This document shows, piece by piece, positions 33,772 to 42,320 of a DNA stretch of 64,000 nucleotides (within the stretch, counting starts at the first letter, position 1; each line of letters opens with the position of its first letter). Made by a program: the position numbers and the translations under genes. Under the pieces are notes generated by a model that had not been told where the DNA came from, ran no database searches, and saw nothing but the letters and a program-made list of their open reading frames with translations. This DNA comes from Candidatus Xenobia bacterium (lineage in GTDB: Bacteria > Vulcanimicrobiota > Xenobia > Xenobiales > QWHO01): assembly GCA_045863235.1 (NCBI GenBank), contig BTUM01000007.1, forward strand, positions 76,286 to 140,285. The letters are read 5' to 3'.

Positions 33772-34244
33772 CAGTTCCTTTCCGTCAGTTTTGTAGTCCC
33801 AGGTTCGCTCCCGGAGGCTTCCGCCCCTACTGCGCTCCGGGTCAAGTCCCGGGTGAGCAGGGAGCGCACCTCGGGTTGAATGGGTCGAGTCTGACCGGTC
33901 GCGTAGTCGTAGCCCACCTGCACGGTGCGCCCAACCGCGGCCACCTGTCCATCGCCTCGTCGGACCCGGTACTCCAGGTCAAAGCTCTTGGTCCCCAGCT
34001 TGGAGCAGCGCACGCCCACCTGGAGGGTGTCAGGGAAGGACACGCTGCTGCGGTAATCGCATTCGACCCGGGCCAGGATGAAGTCCAGAGCGGCCACCGA
34101 GCGAACCCCGCTCAACTGCATCCAGTATGCCGTACGGGCGATTTCGAAGTAGGTGAGAAAACTGGCGTGGTTCACGTGGCCGAGCGCGTCCAGGTCGCGA
34201 AAGCGTACCTCTACCGGATGCTCGAAGCTAAACTCCCCGTCCAT
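33771..34244 (-). CDS. Hotdog-fold acyl-CoA thioesterase (4HBT/YbgC-like).
   Basis: FEHPVEVRFRDLDALGHVNHASFLTYFEIART matches the 4HBT active-site region (D...GHVNN). Start taken at MDGEF. Confidence 0.65.
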   Translation of the reverse strand: MDGEFSFEHPVEVRFRDLDALGHVNHASFLTYFEIARTAYWMQLSGVRSVAALDFILARVECDYRSSVSFPDTLQVGVRCSKLGTKSFDLEYRVRRGDGQVAAVGRTVQVGYDYATGQTRPIQPEVRSLLTRDLTRSAVGAEASGSEPGTTKLTERN

Positions 34245-34291
34245 GCTGGCTCGCCCATTCGCCCAGGAAGGGAAGGCAACCTGCCCTGAGC

Positions 34292-36079
34292 TCACCGATA
34301 GACCAGATAGAGGCTGGTGGCGACAAATCCGGCAGTGAGGGCAACCGGGAGCAGCAGACGTACGATACCGTTGCTGATCCAGCGATCCAAAATTCCAGTA
34401 ACCGACAAGAAGAGATAGATGCTGGCAAGGAGATTGAAGGCGGCAAACCAGACGAACTGATGGGCGTAGCTCATCACGGCCAGCTCCGGGTGGAGGAACA
34501 GGCGACTCGACAGGGCGGGCCCGGTCAGGATCACGGACAGGATAATCAGCGGCAGGGTCATGCCCAGCAGGTAGATCATCCCAAATTCGCCTTGCTGACG
34601 GTTGGGTAAGCGCTGGTAGAGCTTGGTGGTGATGAGCGGGGCCAGCACGGCCAGCAGGAAGTAGAAGAGTGCCGTGGTCTCGACCATCGGCAAGACGTCC
34701 ACCTCGAGGGCGGAGATGCCTGAGCCTTGAAGCGAGACCGGTTGTCGGCCCAGGTAGGACTCTTGAAAAGCCGTGCTGGTATAGCTCAGAAGGTAATGCT
34801 TGATGCGTCCCAAGGAGTAGTAAAAGCGGAACAGGATATAGGCGGTGCCGATCAAGCTGGGACCAAGCAGCAGCAAAATGGCTCGGGCCGGTGTCAGGTT
34901 GGGGATCTTCGAGCTGGGCAGCAGCATGGTGAGCGGGATCTTCCTGATCTCATGCGGGGTCTGGATGATGAGATACTCGGGCCCGTCACTCAGGGCTGCC
35001 GGATCGATCCAGTAGTCGATCCGGGCATAGCTGCCTTGAAAGACCGTCGGCTTCACGGTCACCTTGGGGTGGGTCGCGCGGATCTGACCGGTGACCGGGC
35101 TGTCGTCCGGCAAGATGATCTCCACGCGCCCCCGGTAGGAGTATCGCCCCTCCTGACTGCGGTCGGGACCGACATAGGTAATCTGGTGGTGCAGCCTCGG
35201 GGTCGGGGGCGGCTCGGGCGCCTTCTCCTCGACCATCTCTTCTTTCTTCTTGATGGGGCCGGTGTGCTCGCGTTGGAGCATGCTCACGACCAGCCGGGTC
35301 AATTCTTCGGCTTCCTGGGTAGCCGACCCGGCAGGAGAGTTGGCCCCGGAGACCGGCGGCGGGGACACTGCCCCCGACTTTCGGCCCTCACGCAAGCGCA
35401 GCGTGAAGCCGGTGCGAAGCAGACGGTCGCGCCAGCGAACGACCATCTCCATTTGTCCGAATTTCGACCCGGTCTCGAAGCGGTGGTCACAATCTTGGAG
35501 AAAACGCCGCGAAGCCAACACCCAATCGTGCAAGACAGGGAGGAACATCTTGAGCTGTTGCTCGCACACCTCCACCGGGGGCGTTTCCTGGGTGGAGGCA
35601 AACCAGGCAATCAGCTGGTCTTTCCCTTCCACCGGCTCGCCTGCGCCAAGCAGGCGGGTGAAAGTACGGGGGCCCCAGCCCGGCTCAACGAACACCTCAA
35701 CCAGCACGCGGGCCAGGGGGTCCTCGGTCATATCGGCCAGGGCTTGCAGGGAGAGCACGATTAGCTCGACTCGCTCGGGTGTGCTGCGGGCCTCGCGCCA
35801 GAGGGTGAGCACTTCGGGAGGAGGGGCCGCCAGGCTGCGCCATGCGGCCGGCAGAACGCCTGCATAGTATCGGGTCAGCAGGCCCAGGGCGTCACGAGTG
35901 GCTGCCCAGCAGCGAGCCGGGTCTCCTTGAGCCAGTTTGCGCTCGAGCTCGCGCAACAAGACCACCAGGTGATCGGGGGCACCTACCGGCACCAGGGGCG
36001 CGTCCAAGCCCTCCAGGGCATTGCTGGCCGGCGGTGTGCCTGAAGAGGCGGGCGGGTTATGCCCTGCAAGCTCGGACAT
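34292..36079 (-). CDS. Hypothetical protein with a soluble N-terminal ~380 aa and a polytopic C-terminal membrane domain (~6 TM).
   Basis: Hydropathy of the C-terminal 200 aa (LLLGPSLIGTAYILF..., LFYFLLAVLAPLITT..., MIYLLGMTLPLIILSVILTG...). No recognisable catalytic motif. Confidence 0.5.
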   Translation of the reverse strand: MSELAGHNPPASSGTPPASNALEGLDAPLVPVGAPDHLVVLLRELERKLAQGDPARCWAATRDALGLLTRYYAGVLPAAWRSLAAPPPEVLTLWREARSTPERVELIVLSLQALADMTEDPLARVLVEVFVEPGWGPRTFTRLLGAGEPVEGKDQLIAWFASTQETPPVEVCEQQLKMFLPVLHDWVLASRRFLQDCDHRFETGSKFGQMEMVVRWRDRLLRTGFTLRLREGRKSGAVSPPPVSGANSPAGSATQEAEELTRLVVSMLQREHTGPIKKKEEMVEEKAPEPPPTPRLHHQITYVGPDRSQEGRYSYRGRVEIILPDDSPVTGQIRATHPKVTVKPTVFQGSYARIDYWIDPAALSDGPEYLIIQTPHEIRKIPLTMLLPSSKIPNLTPARAILLLLGPSLIGTAYILFRFYYSLGRIKHYLLSYTSTAFQESYLGRQPVSLQGSGISALEVDVLPMVETTALFYFLLAVLAPLITTKLYQRLPNRQQGEFGMIYLLGMTLPLIILSVILTGPALSSRLFLHPELAVMSYAHQFVWFAAFNLLASIYLFLSVTGILDRWISNGIVRLLLPVALTAGFVATSLYLVYR

Positions 36080-36125
36080 CGATCTTGAGCTACTTCGCTC
36101 CCGCGGCAGCTCAGCCTTCCGCCGG

Positions 36126-37214
36126 CTACCTCTCGGTCAGCTCGGTCCACACCTGGCCCAGGCGTGACTGGCAGTGCCGGGCCAGGTTCAAAAGCTTTTG
36201 CAGATCGCCGATGCGTTCGTCCATGGCCAGCTCGACCACGGCCGCCCGGTCGGGGAAGTAGGAGACCAGGACCAGCACGGAGGGCCCACTCGCCGGCGTA
36301 ACTGCCTCCTCCTCCCCCTCGTCCTCAGTGGTCTGGGAGAGGGCGGGGGCATTCTGATCGATGCGGGTTGGAACCCCTCGGAAGCTGGGTGCCTGCGAGC
36401 TGGCTGCCATTCCGGCGTCGAGGTAGTCAGGCCGGGCCGGGCCGGTGGGCGTGATGTCGCCAAAGGCGACCGAAGGGGAGGGAGGCGCTTGCGGGGCAGG
36501 GGGAGCTTGCTCGGCTGCCTGAGGCTGCCCGGGGGCTGGTTCGGGCTCGGCTGGCAGCGGCAGGCGGGCAAGAAAGCTCTCGCTGCCAATTCCAAAGACG
36601 TCCTCGCGCTTGAGGGCGGCTGCCTTGAGGGTGTGATAGATCTGCTCGGCCTTGATGCTGGTCGTGCCCCCGTAGACCGCCACCTGAACGAATCCGAGGC
36701 TCTCGGTGTTGTAGCGCCTCAGACTGAAGGGCACGGGAGCCTCGCTGCCTCTGGTGCGCAGCATATTGTTCGGCCGGGATGTGCGCGGACGAAGGCCCGC
36801 GCTGGGGGCATAACTGTAAGGAGCCACTTTCCCGAATACCTCAGGTTGAGGTCCGGTGGGCCTGGCTTGCAGTTCAGCCAGCATCTCCGGAGGCAGGTCT
36901 TTGGGCAGGGCAGGCTCGAGGGTGGGGAAGGGAGGGACGTCCCACTGCTTGGGGGGCGGAAGCGAGCGACCCGGACGGTCTTCGGCCACAGGGACGTCGC
37001 TCAGAGGCACGACCGGCGGGCCGAGCAAGGAGGGAGCAGACTCCTCGACGCTCTGGAATCGCTGGCCAAGGGAGATCTCTTCCTCGACGTCCCGCTGGCT
37101 CATCAGCGTCACAGCGAGGTCCCGGGGGTAGATGGTCGAGTTCTGTGCCTGGCAAAGCAGCAGCGAGCCCAGAAAGAAGGCCAGCCCCACCAGTTTGCCC
37201 GGCAATCGTCCCAT
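36126..37214 (-). CDS. Secreted proline-rich protein.
   Basis: Signal peptide MGRLPGKLVGLAFFLGSLLLCQAQ. Pro-rich linker (PAPGQPQAAEQAPPAPQAPPSP). Confidence 0.5.
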   Translation of the reverse strand: MGRLPGKLVGLAFFLGSLLLCQAQNSTIYPRDLAVTLMSQRDVEEEISLGQRFQSVEESAPSLLGPPVVPLSDVPVAEDRPGRSLPPPKQWDVPPFPTLEPALPKDLPPEMLAELQARPTGPQPEVFGKVAPYSYAPSAGLRPRTSRPNNMLRTRGSEAPVPFSLRRYNTESLGFVQVAVYGGTTSIKAEQIYHTLKAAALKREDVFGIGSESFLARLPLPAEPEPAPGQPQAAEQAPPAPQAPPSPSVAFGDITPTGPARPDYLDAGMAASSQAPSFRGVPTRIDQNAPALSQTTEDEGEEEAVTPASGPSVLVLVSYFPDRAAVVELAMDERIGDLQKLLNLARHCQSRLGQVWTELTER

Positions 37215-37230
37215 CCAGAACTCCCTTTCC

Positions 37231-37350
37231 CGCTCGCAGGCTCGCTGCGCGCTTCGCTTGCCCTTGGAGCTACGCTCGCAGGCTCGCTGCGCGCTTCGCT
37301 TGCCCTTGGAGCTACGCTCGCAGGCTCGCTGCGCGCTTCGCTTGCTTGTT
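37231..37350. repeat. 42-bp direct tandem repeat, 2.8 copies, in the divergent intergenic region between the Pro-rich secreted protein gene and the beta-CASP gene.
   Basis: Unit cgctcgcaggctcgctgcgcgcttcgcttgcccttggagcta repeated exactly twice, plus a diverged third copy. Confidence 0.85.
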
Positions 37351-37417
37351 GGGCTTTGGTGGCTCGAATCCTGCTCACAGGATCTTTCTTGCAGCCGCGC
37401 GAACCGCGTGCCCTGTC

Positions 37418-38824
37418 ATGTTGAGCTTGCAGTTTCTTGGAGCCGCCGGCACGGTCACCGGCTCGAAATACCTCCTGACCTACCAGGGCCGTCGCATTCT
37501 GATCGATTGCGGACTCTTCCAGGGCCTCAAAGAGATCCGCTCACGCAACTGGGAGGACCTGCCCGTCGACCCGGCCTCGATCGAGGCCCTGGTGCTGACG
37601 CACGCCCACATCGACCACACCGGGTTCATTCCCCGGCTGGTGCGGGACGGCTTTAAAGGCAAGATTCACTGTACCCCGGCGACCCGTGACCTTTGCACGC
37701 TGCTCTTGCCCGATTCGGCCCACCTGCAAGAAGAGCAGGCTTTCTATATGAATAAGGAGCGACTCAGCCGCCACAAGCCGGCCCTGCCCCTGTACACGAT
37801 CTACGATGCCGAGGCGAGCTTGAGGCGCTTCGTCACCCACGACTACCACGAGGCCTTTGAGCCCCTTCCCGGGATCTCCATCGTCTACCACGACGCCGGC
37901 CACATTCTGGGCTCGGCCTGGATCGAGCTCACGGTGGATGGGAGAAAGATTGTCTTCTCGGGCGATCTGGGGCGGAAGAACGCCCCCATCCTGCGCGATC
38001 CGGAAGCGCTGGTGGGCTGCGAGTACCTGGTGTGCGAGTCCACTTACGGTGATCGTCTGCACGGAGACCACCCCGTTCAGGAGAATATGCGCGAGATCTT
38101 GTGGGAGACGATGAAGCGGTTTGGAGTGCTGGTCATCCCGGCCTTCGCCGTGGAGCGCTCTCAGGAGATCGTCTATCTCTTGCAGGAGATTCGTCGTGAC
38201 GGCGGCATTCCCGACGTCCCGGTCTTCATCGACTCCCCGATGGCCGCCCGGGCCACCCGTATCTTCGCCAACTACCCCCAGTACTTCGACGAGGATGCTC
38301 TGGAGCAGCTGCGCACCCAGGGCGCCCTGCCGGGCCTCAAGCTGTGCGAGAGCGTGGCCGATTCGAAGGCCATTGCCAGCGTGCGCCCGCCCTTCGTGGT
38401 CATTTCGGCCAGCGGGATGGCCACCGGAGGTCGTATCCTTCACCACCTCAAGCAGTATCTGCCCGATGCTCGTAATACCGTGCTGCTGGTAGGCTACCAG
38501 TCGATCGGTACGCGCGGTTGGCAGCTGCAGCAGGGTGAGGAGCGGATCAAGATCTTCGGGCAGTTCGTTCCTGTTCACGCTCGCGTTCGCAAGCTGGATG
38601 GGTTTTCTGGTCATGCCGATTACGAGCAGATCAATGAGTGGCTGAGAGCCTGTCCTCAACCGCCCAGGCGGGTCTTCTTGACCCACGGTGAAGGAGCCGC
38701 CCTGGAAGCTCAGCGCGCGCGCATCTCGGCCTGGCCGGGATGGCAGGCCCATGTGCCCGAGCACCTCGAGGAGGTGCAGCTTACATTCCAGACCAGGGAG
38801 GCCGCCGGTGGAGCTGTGGTTTGA
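37418..38824 (+). CDS. MBL-fold beta-CASP family RNA-metabolising hydrolase (CPSF/Ysh1-like).
   Basis: HxHxDH motif LTHAHIDHTG. beta-CASP motifs DSP..A and C-terminal GHAD (SGHADYEQI). 468 aa. The longer ORF call starting at 36779 crosses the tandem-repeat region and is rejected. Confidence 0.8.
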   Translation: MLSLQFLGAAGTVTGSKYLLTYQGRRILIDCGLFQGLKEIRSRNWEDLPVDPASIEALVLTHAHIDHTGFIPRLVRDGFKGKIHCTPATRDLCTLLLPDSAHLQEEQAFYMNKERLSRHKPALPLYTIYDAEASLRRFVTHDYHEAFEPLPGISIVYHDAGHILGSAWIELTVDGRKIVFSGDLGRKNAPILRDPEALVGCEYLVCESTYGDRLHGDHPVQENMREILWETMKRFGVLVIPAFAVERSQEIVYLLQEIRRDGGIPDVPVFIDSPMAARATRIFANYPQYFDEDALEQLRTQGALPGLKLCESVADSKAIASVRPPFVVISASGMATGGRILHHLKQYLPDARNTVLLVGYQSIGTRGWQLQQGEERIKIFGQFVPVHARVRKLDGFSGHADYEQINEWLRACPQPPRRVFLTHGEGAALEAQRARISAWPGWQAHVPEHLEEVQLTFQTREAAGGAVV

Positions 38825-39644
38825 GGAGAGCACGCCTGAGGGCTGGGGTCTGAAGGTGCGCCTCGAGCGCACGCTGGAGTCTGTCCAGAGCCAGTTCCAG
38901 CGAATCGACCTCTATCAGACCTCAGGGATGGGGAAGCTCCTGGTCATCGACGGGAAGGTCCAACTGTGCGAGTTGGACGAGTTCACCTATCACGAGATGC
39001 TGGCCCACGTTCCGCTGCTCTGCCACCCGGCTCCTCGCCGGGTCATGGTGGTGGGCGGAGGGGACGGCGGCACCATGCGGGAGGTGCTGGCCCACCCCAG
39101 CGTGGAGAGAGCGGTGCTCGTCGAGATCGACCCCGAGGTGGTGCGCGTATGCCGCGAGCATCTGCCGACCCTGTCCGGGCGGCTGGGCGACCCGAGAGTG
39201 GAGATTGTGGCCGCCGACGCGGCCGAGTACATGCGCACCGCCCGCGATTTTGACGCCATCCTGGTGGACTCGAGCGATCCGGTGGGACCCTCCGAGGTGC
39301 TCTTCAGCGGCGGGTTCTATTCGGATCTCCGTCAGGCGCTCACCCCGCAGGGCGTTATGGCCATGCAGTCCGGCTCCCCCTTCTTCTACCTCGAGCAGAT
39401 CGTCGGCGCTGTGCGCGGATTGAAGGAGCAATTTCGCCACGTGCGTCCGCTGATCGTGCCTGTGCCGACCTATCCCAGCGGTACCTGGTCGTTGGTGGCC
39501 GCTTCGCTGGGCGAGGATCTCGAGCTCGGCGCGGATGAGCTGGCCCGCCGTTATCGCGAGCGCGGACTGCAAACCCGGTGGTACAGCCCCCAGATGCATC
39601 GGGCCAGCCTGGCTCTTCCCCCCTTCCTGGAGCAGGCCTTGTAG
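38808..39644 (+). CDS. speE: Spermidine synthase.
   Basis: SAM-binding VMVVGGGDGGTMREVL and aminopropyltransferase motif VDSSDPVGP. GTG start overlaps the MBL gene 3' end. Confidence 0.8.
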   Translation: MELWFEESTPEGWGLKVRLERTLESVQSQFQRIDLYQTSGMGKLLVIDGKVQLCELDEFTYHEMLAHVPLLCHPAPRRVMVVGGGDGGTMREVLAHPSVERAVLVEIDPEVVRVCREHLPTLSGRLGDPRVEIVAADAAEYMRTARDFDAILVDSSDPVGPSEVLFSGGFYSDLRQALTPQGVMAMQSGSPFFYLEQIVGAVRGLKEQFRHVRPLIVPVPTYPSGTWSLVAASLGEDLELGADELARRYRERGLQTRWYSPQMHRASLALPPFLEQAL

Positions 39645-39647
39645 GCG

Positions 39648-41012
39648 ATGGAGATCGTCCATCTCCCGCCGGCCATGGTCGGGCTCCTCAATGCGCTGCG
39701 GGAAGGGGAGGCCGACGTTGACACCCGGCTGGAAGAGTTTCGCTCCGAGCGCCAGGCGGCGGGGCGCTGGCTGGAGTTCCACGGGGCCTTCAGTCTAGAC
39801 GCTGAGGACGAGAAGGACCTCGAGAACATCGCTTATCTTTTCGAGCAGGTGGATGAGGCGCTGGATGATCTTGCTCTGGAGCGTCTGCTTCCGCCTCTCT
39901 ATCAGGCCGTGGCCTTGATGGAGCGGGTCAACAAGCGCCGCGAGCAGCCCCACTTTTCCCCGCAACCGGCCGTGAATGACTTCATCATGGCCGCGGCTGC
40001 CTACCTCCAGGGCCGGGGCCAGAAGCGAGGCGTGCTCGAGCGTCTGCCGATGCTGGACGAATCTTATCAGAGCCTGCGCCAGCTCTACCGCCTGCGCAAG
40101 GATGAGCTGAAGAGCGAAGTGCGACCCGAGCTCGAGACCGGCCTGCGCCATCTCAAGAGGGGCCTGGAGGAGGCCCGCTCAGCCCTGGAGGCCGACGATC
40201 GCGACGGATTGCACGATTCCCTGGCTCGTCTTTCGGGTGGAGCCGGGATTCTGGACCACTTGCTGGAGTGGGAACGTCAAGACCGGCAGCGGTATCAGGC
40301 CCGCTATCGCCGCTACAACATCCCTCTGGTGGGCAGCGACCTGGAGCTGGCTCTGGAAACGGGCCGCCAGGTGCCCCGCGAGGACTGGCGGCGGGGAGTT
40401 CGCAATCTGGTGGATACCGTGCTGCCCCGCCTCTTCGGGTTCTGGAACCAGGTGCGCTGGCTACTGGTCTTGCCCATGGAGGACCGAGGGTTGCTCGAAG
40501 AGATCGACCTGGGCCTGGAACGTCTGGAGGACGCGGTCGGCCAATTGATGGTGAGCGAGATCACGGCCGAGGAGGCTCTCGGCGAGTATGCCGCGGCTTG
40601 CGAAAGCCTTCACCATCTCTTCTCGAGCCTCGAGAGCCGGGCTCTGCGAGGAGATCGATACGCCGGCACTCCGGCTGGCGCCTACTGGCAGGTTGGCACC
40701 GGGCTGCTGGCCGGAAGCGTGCCGCTGGTAGCTCTGGAGGAGCTGCTTTTGCGCTCACCCCCGCTGGCTGAGTGGGGAGAGGTGGGCGAGCTGATGTCCC
40801 AGTTTCTGCGGCGACCCGACCTCGAGCTCGTCAGGGAGGCCCTCTGCCTGTTGCACGAGCTGGTCCCTGAGCCGGAGCCGGACGGCGGCTCCGTGCCCGA
40901 CAGTTGGAGCTGCGGGTTCTGCGGTTTTGTGAATCCGCTCGGTCAGCACCCCTGCCGACGCTGCGGGGCCAGCCCATCGGCTTCCTCAATCGAGGAAGCC
41001 TGGGAGGCCTAA
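39648..41012 (+). CDS. Hypothetical protein with a C-terminal RanBP2-like zinc ribbon.
   Basis: ATG 4 nt after the speE stop. C-terminus WSCGFCGFVNPLGQHPCRRCGA. Otherwise alpha-helical with no known motif. Confidence 0.5.
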   Translation: MEIVHLPPAMVGLLNALREGEADVDTRLEEFRSERQAAGRWLEFHGAFSLDAEDEKDLENIAYLFEQVDEALDDLALERLLPPLYQAVALMERVNKRREQPHFSPQPAVNDFIMAAAAYLQGRGQKRGVLERLPMLDESYQSLRQLYRLRKDELKSEVRPELETGLRHLKRGLEEARSALEADDRDGLHDSLARLSGGAGILDHLLEWERQDRQRYQARYRRYNIPLVGSDLELALETGRQVPREDWRRGVRNLVDTVLPRLFGFWNQVRWLLVLPMEDRGLLEEIDLGLERLEDAVGQLMVSEITAEEALGEYAAACESLHHLFSSLESRALRGDRYAGTPAGAYWQVGTGLLAGSVPLVALEELLLRSPPLAEWGEVGELMSQFLRRPDLELVREALCLLHELVPEPEPDGGSVPDSWSCGFCGFVNPLGQHPCRRCGASPSASSIEEAWEA

Positions 41013-41037
41013 AAAAAAGTCGGGCTGTCGGGCAGCC
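41009..41037. terminator. A8 tract followed by a GC hairpin (gggctg tcggg cagccc). Would be a canonical intrinsic terminator on the minus strand and an A-tract-first terminator on the plus strand.
   Basis: taaaaaaaagtcgggctgtcgggcagcccgc directly after the stop of 39648-41012. Confidence 0.3.
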
Positions 41038-41192
41038 CGCATAAGGGAAGGAGGCCTGGGGATCTTGTGCGACCGGGCGTCGCACGGAACTTGATCGTTG
41101 AGCTTATCATCACCCCGGTCCGGCCTCTGACCAGGGGGAGAAGGTTACTCTTTCGTTTCCAGTCTGTTACAAGATTGTGAAGCGGCCCTTTC

Positions 41193-42248
41193 ATGGGCCT
41201 TTCAGCCTCTCTGGGTAGAATGGGCAGGATGCAAATTCATGCTTTCAGCAGATCTCTTGCCTCCCTCGGCTCGCCTCGTTCGGCGGCTTCCGAGCCCGCC
41301 TCGGGGGATCGGGTCACCCTGTCGCACCCGGCCGGCTGCGCGTGCTGCCAGCCGGCCACGGGGCCCGTGCCAGCCGGCCAGCCCTCCTTGCGGCAACGCC
41401 TGGACGCCCTGAAGCTCAAGCCCGAGGAAGTAACCCACGTTCTCTATCACGACCCTTGTTTCGATGGCTACGGGGCAGCCTGGGCTGCCCACCGGGCGCT
41501 GGGAGACCGGGCTCAGTACATCGGGGTCAACTATGACGAGCCGGTGCCCGAGCTGCCCAGGGACGCAAAGGTTGCCATCGTGGACTTCAGCTACCCCCGC
41601 GAGAAGCTTTTGGCCCTGAAAGAGCAGGTAGCCGACCTGGTGGTGCTCGACCACCACAAGACCGCCGAAGAGGGCCTCCAGGGCCTCTCTTTCGCCGTCT
41701 TCGAGAAGACGCGGGCGGGCGCCGGCATCGCCTGGGAATACTTTCATCCGCACAAAGCCGTGCCAGCCCTGGTCTCCTACGTAGAGGATCGCGATCTGTG
41801 GAAGTGGGAGCTGCCCCAGAGCCGCGAGGTATCCGCCGCTCTGGCCAGCTATCCTCGTGAATTCTCGGTCTGGAACCAGCTGGATACCGACCTGGAGAGG
41901 CTCAAGACCGAAGGGGGGGCCATCCGGCGCTACAAGGACCAGCTGGTGGAGGCCACTCTGGAGCGGGTGCGCACGGGGAACATCCGCGGCTATCAGGTGC
42001 CCATCGTGAACACTCCCGCCGAGCTTCGCTCGGAAGTGGGCGATGCCATGTGTGAAAAGTTCCCAGAAGCCCCCTTCGTGGCCCTCTACTTCGACGACGC
42101 GCAGGGCGATCGCAAGTGGTCGCTTCGCTCGCGGGGCGAGTTCGACGCCACCACGGTGGCCAGGACCTTTCCGGGTGGAGGGGGCCATCCTCAGGCATGC
42201 GGCTTCGAGCAGCCCCGGGCGAACCTGAGCGAGGAGTGGTTGGCCTGA
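41193..42248 (+). CDS. DHH-family phosphoesterase (NrnA-like oligoribonuclease/pAp phosphatase fold).
   Basis: DHH motifs HDPCFDGYGAAW (motif I/II region), VLDHHK (motif III), and GGGH (PGGGGHPQA) in the DHHA1-like C-terminal domain. Start uncertain; alternative M at 41220. Confidence 0.65.
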   Translation: MGLSASLGRMGRMQIHAFSRSLASLGSPRSAASEPASGDRVTLSHPAGCACCQPATGPVPAGQPSLRQRLDALKLKPEEVTHVLYHDPCFDGYGAAWAAHRALGDRAQYIGVNYDEPVPELPRDAKVAIVDFSYPREKLLALKEQVADLVVLDHHKTAEEGLQGLSFAVFEKTRAGAGIAWEYFHPHKAVPALVSYVEDRDLWKWELPQSREVSAALASYPREFSVWNQLDTDLERLKTEGGAIRRYKDQLVEATLERVRTGNIRGYQVPIVNTPAELRSEVGDAMCEKFPEAPFVALYFDDAQGDRKWSLRSRGEFDATTVARTFPGGGGHPQACGFEQPRANLSEEWLA

Positions 42249-42252
42249 CGAT

Positions 42253-42320
42253 CAGCGGTCGAATTCTTCAGCGACGACAGGAGCGGTCGAATTCCTCAGC
42301 GACGACAGGAGCGGTCGAAA
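42253..42320. repeat. 28-bp direct repeat, 2.5 copies, spanning the trmB stop codon and 3' end.
   Basis: agcggtcgaattcttcagcgacgacagg / agcggtcgaattcctcagcgacgacagg / agcggtcgaaagtt. Confidence 0.8.

Noticed and set aside
37231-37350. Possibility that the 42-bp tandem repeats are a CRISPR array
   Set aside because: The repeats are directly adjacent with no intervening unique spacers, and there are only 2.8 copies. No cas genes are in the window.
36779-37417. Upstream 213 codons of the 681-aa ORF containing the beta-CASP gene
   Set aside because: This part crosses the 42-bp tandem repeats (translating to repeated SEARSEPASVAPRA-like peptides) and the divergent promoter. MBL homology starts at the ATG at 37418.
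37541-38872. 443-aa minus-strand ORF antisense to the beta-CASP MBL gene (also 38922-39782 antisense to speE)
   Set aside because: Plus-strand genes have HxHxDH and spermidine-synthase motifs. The antisense translation is featureless.
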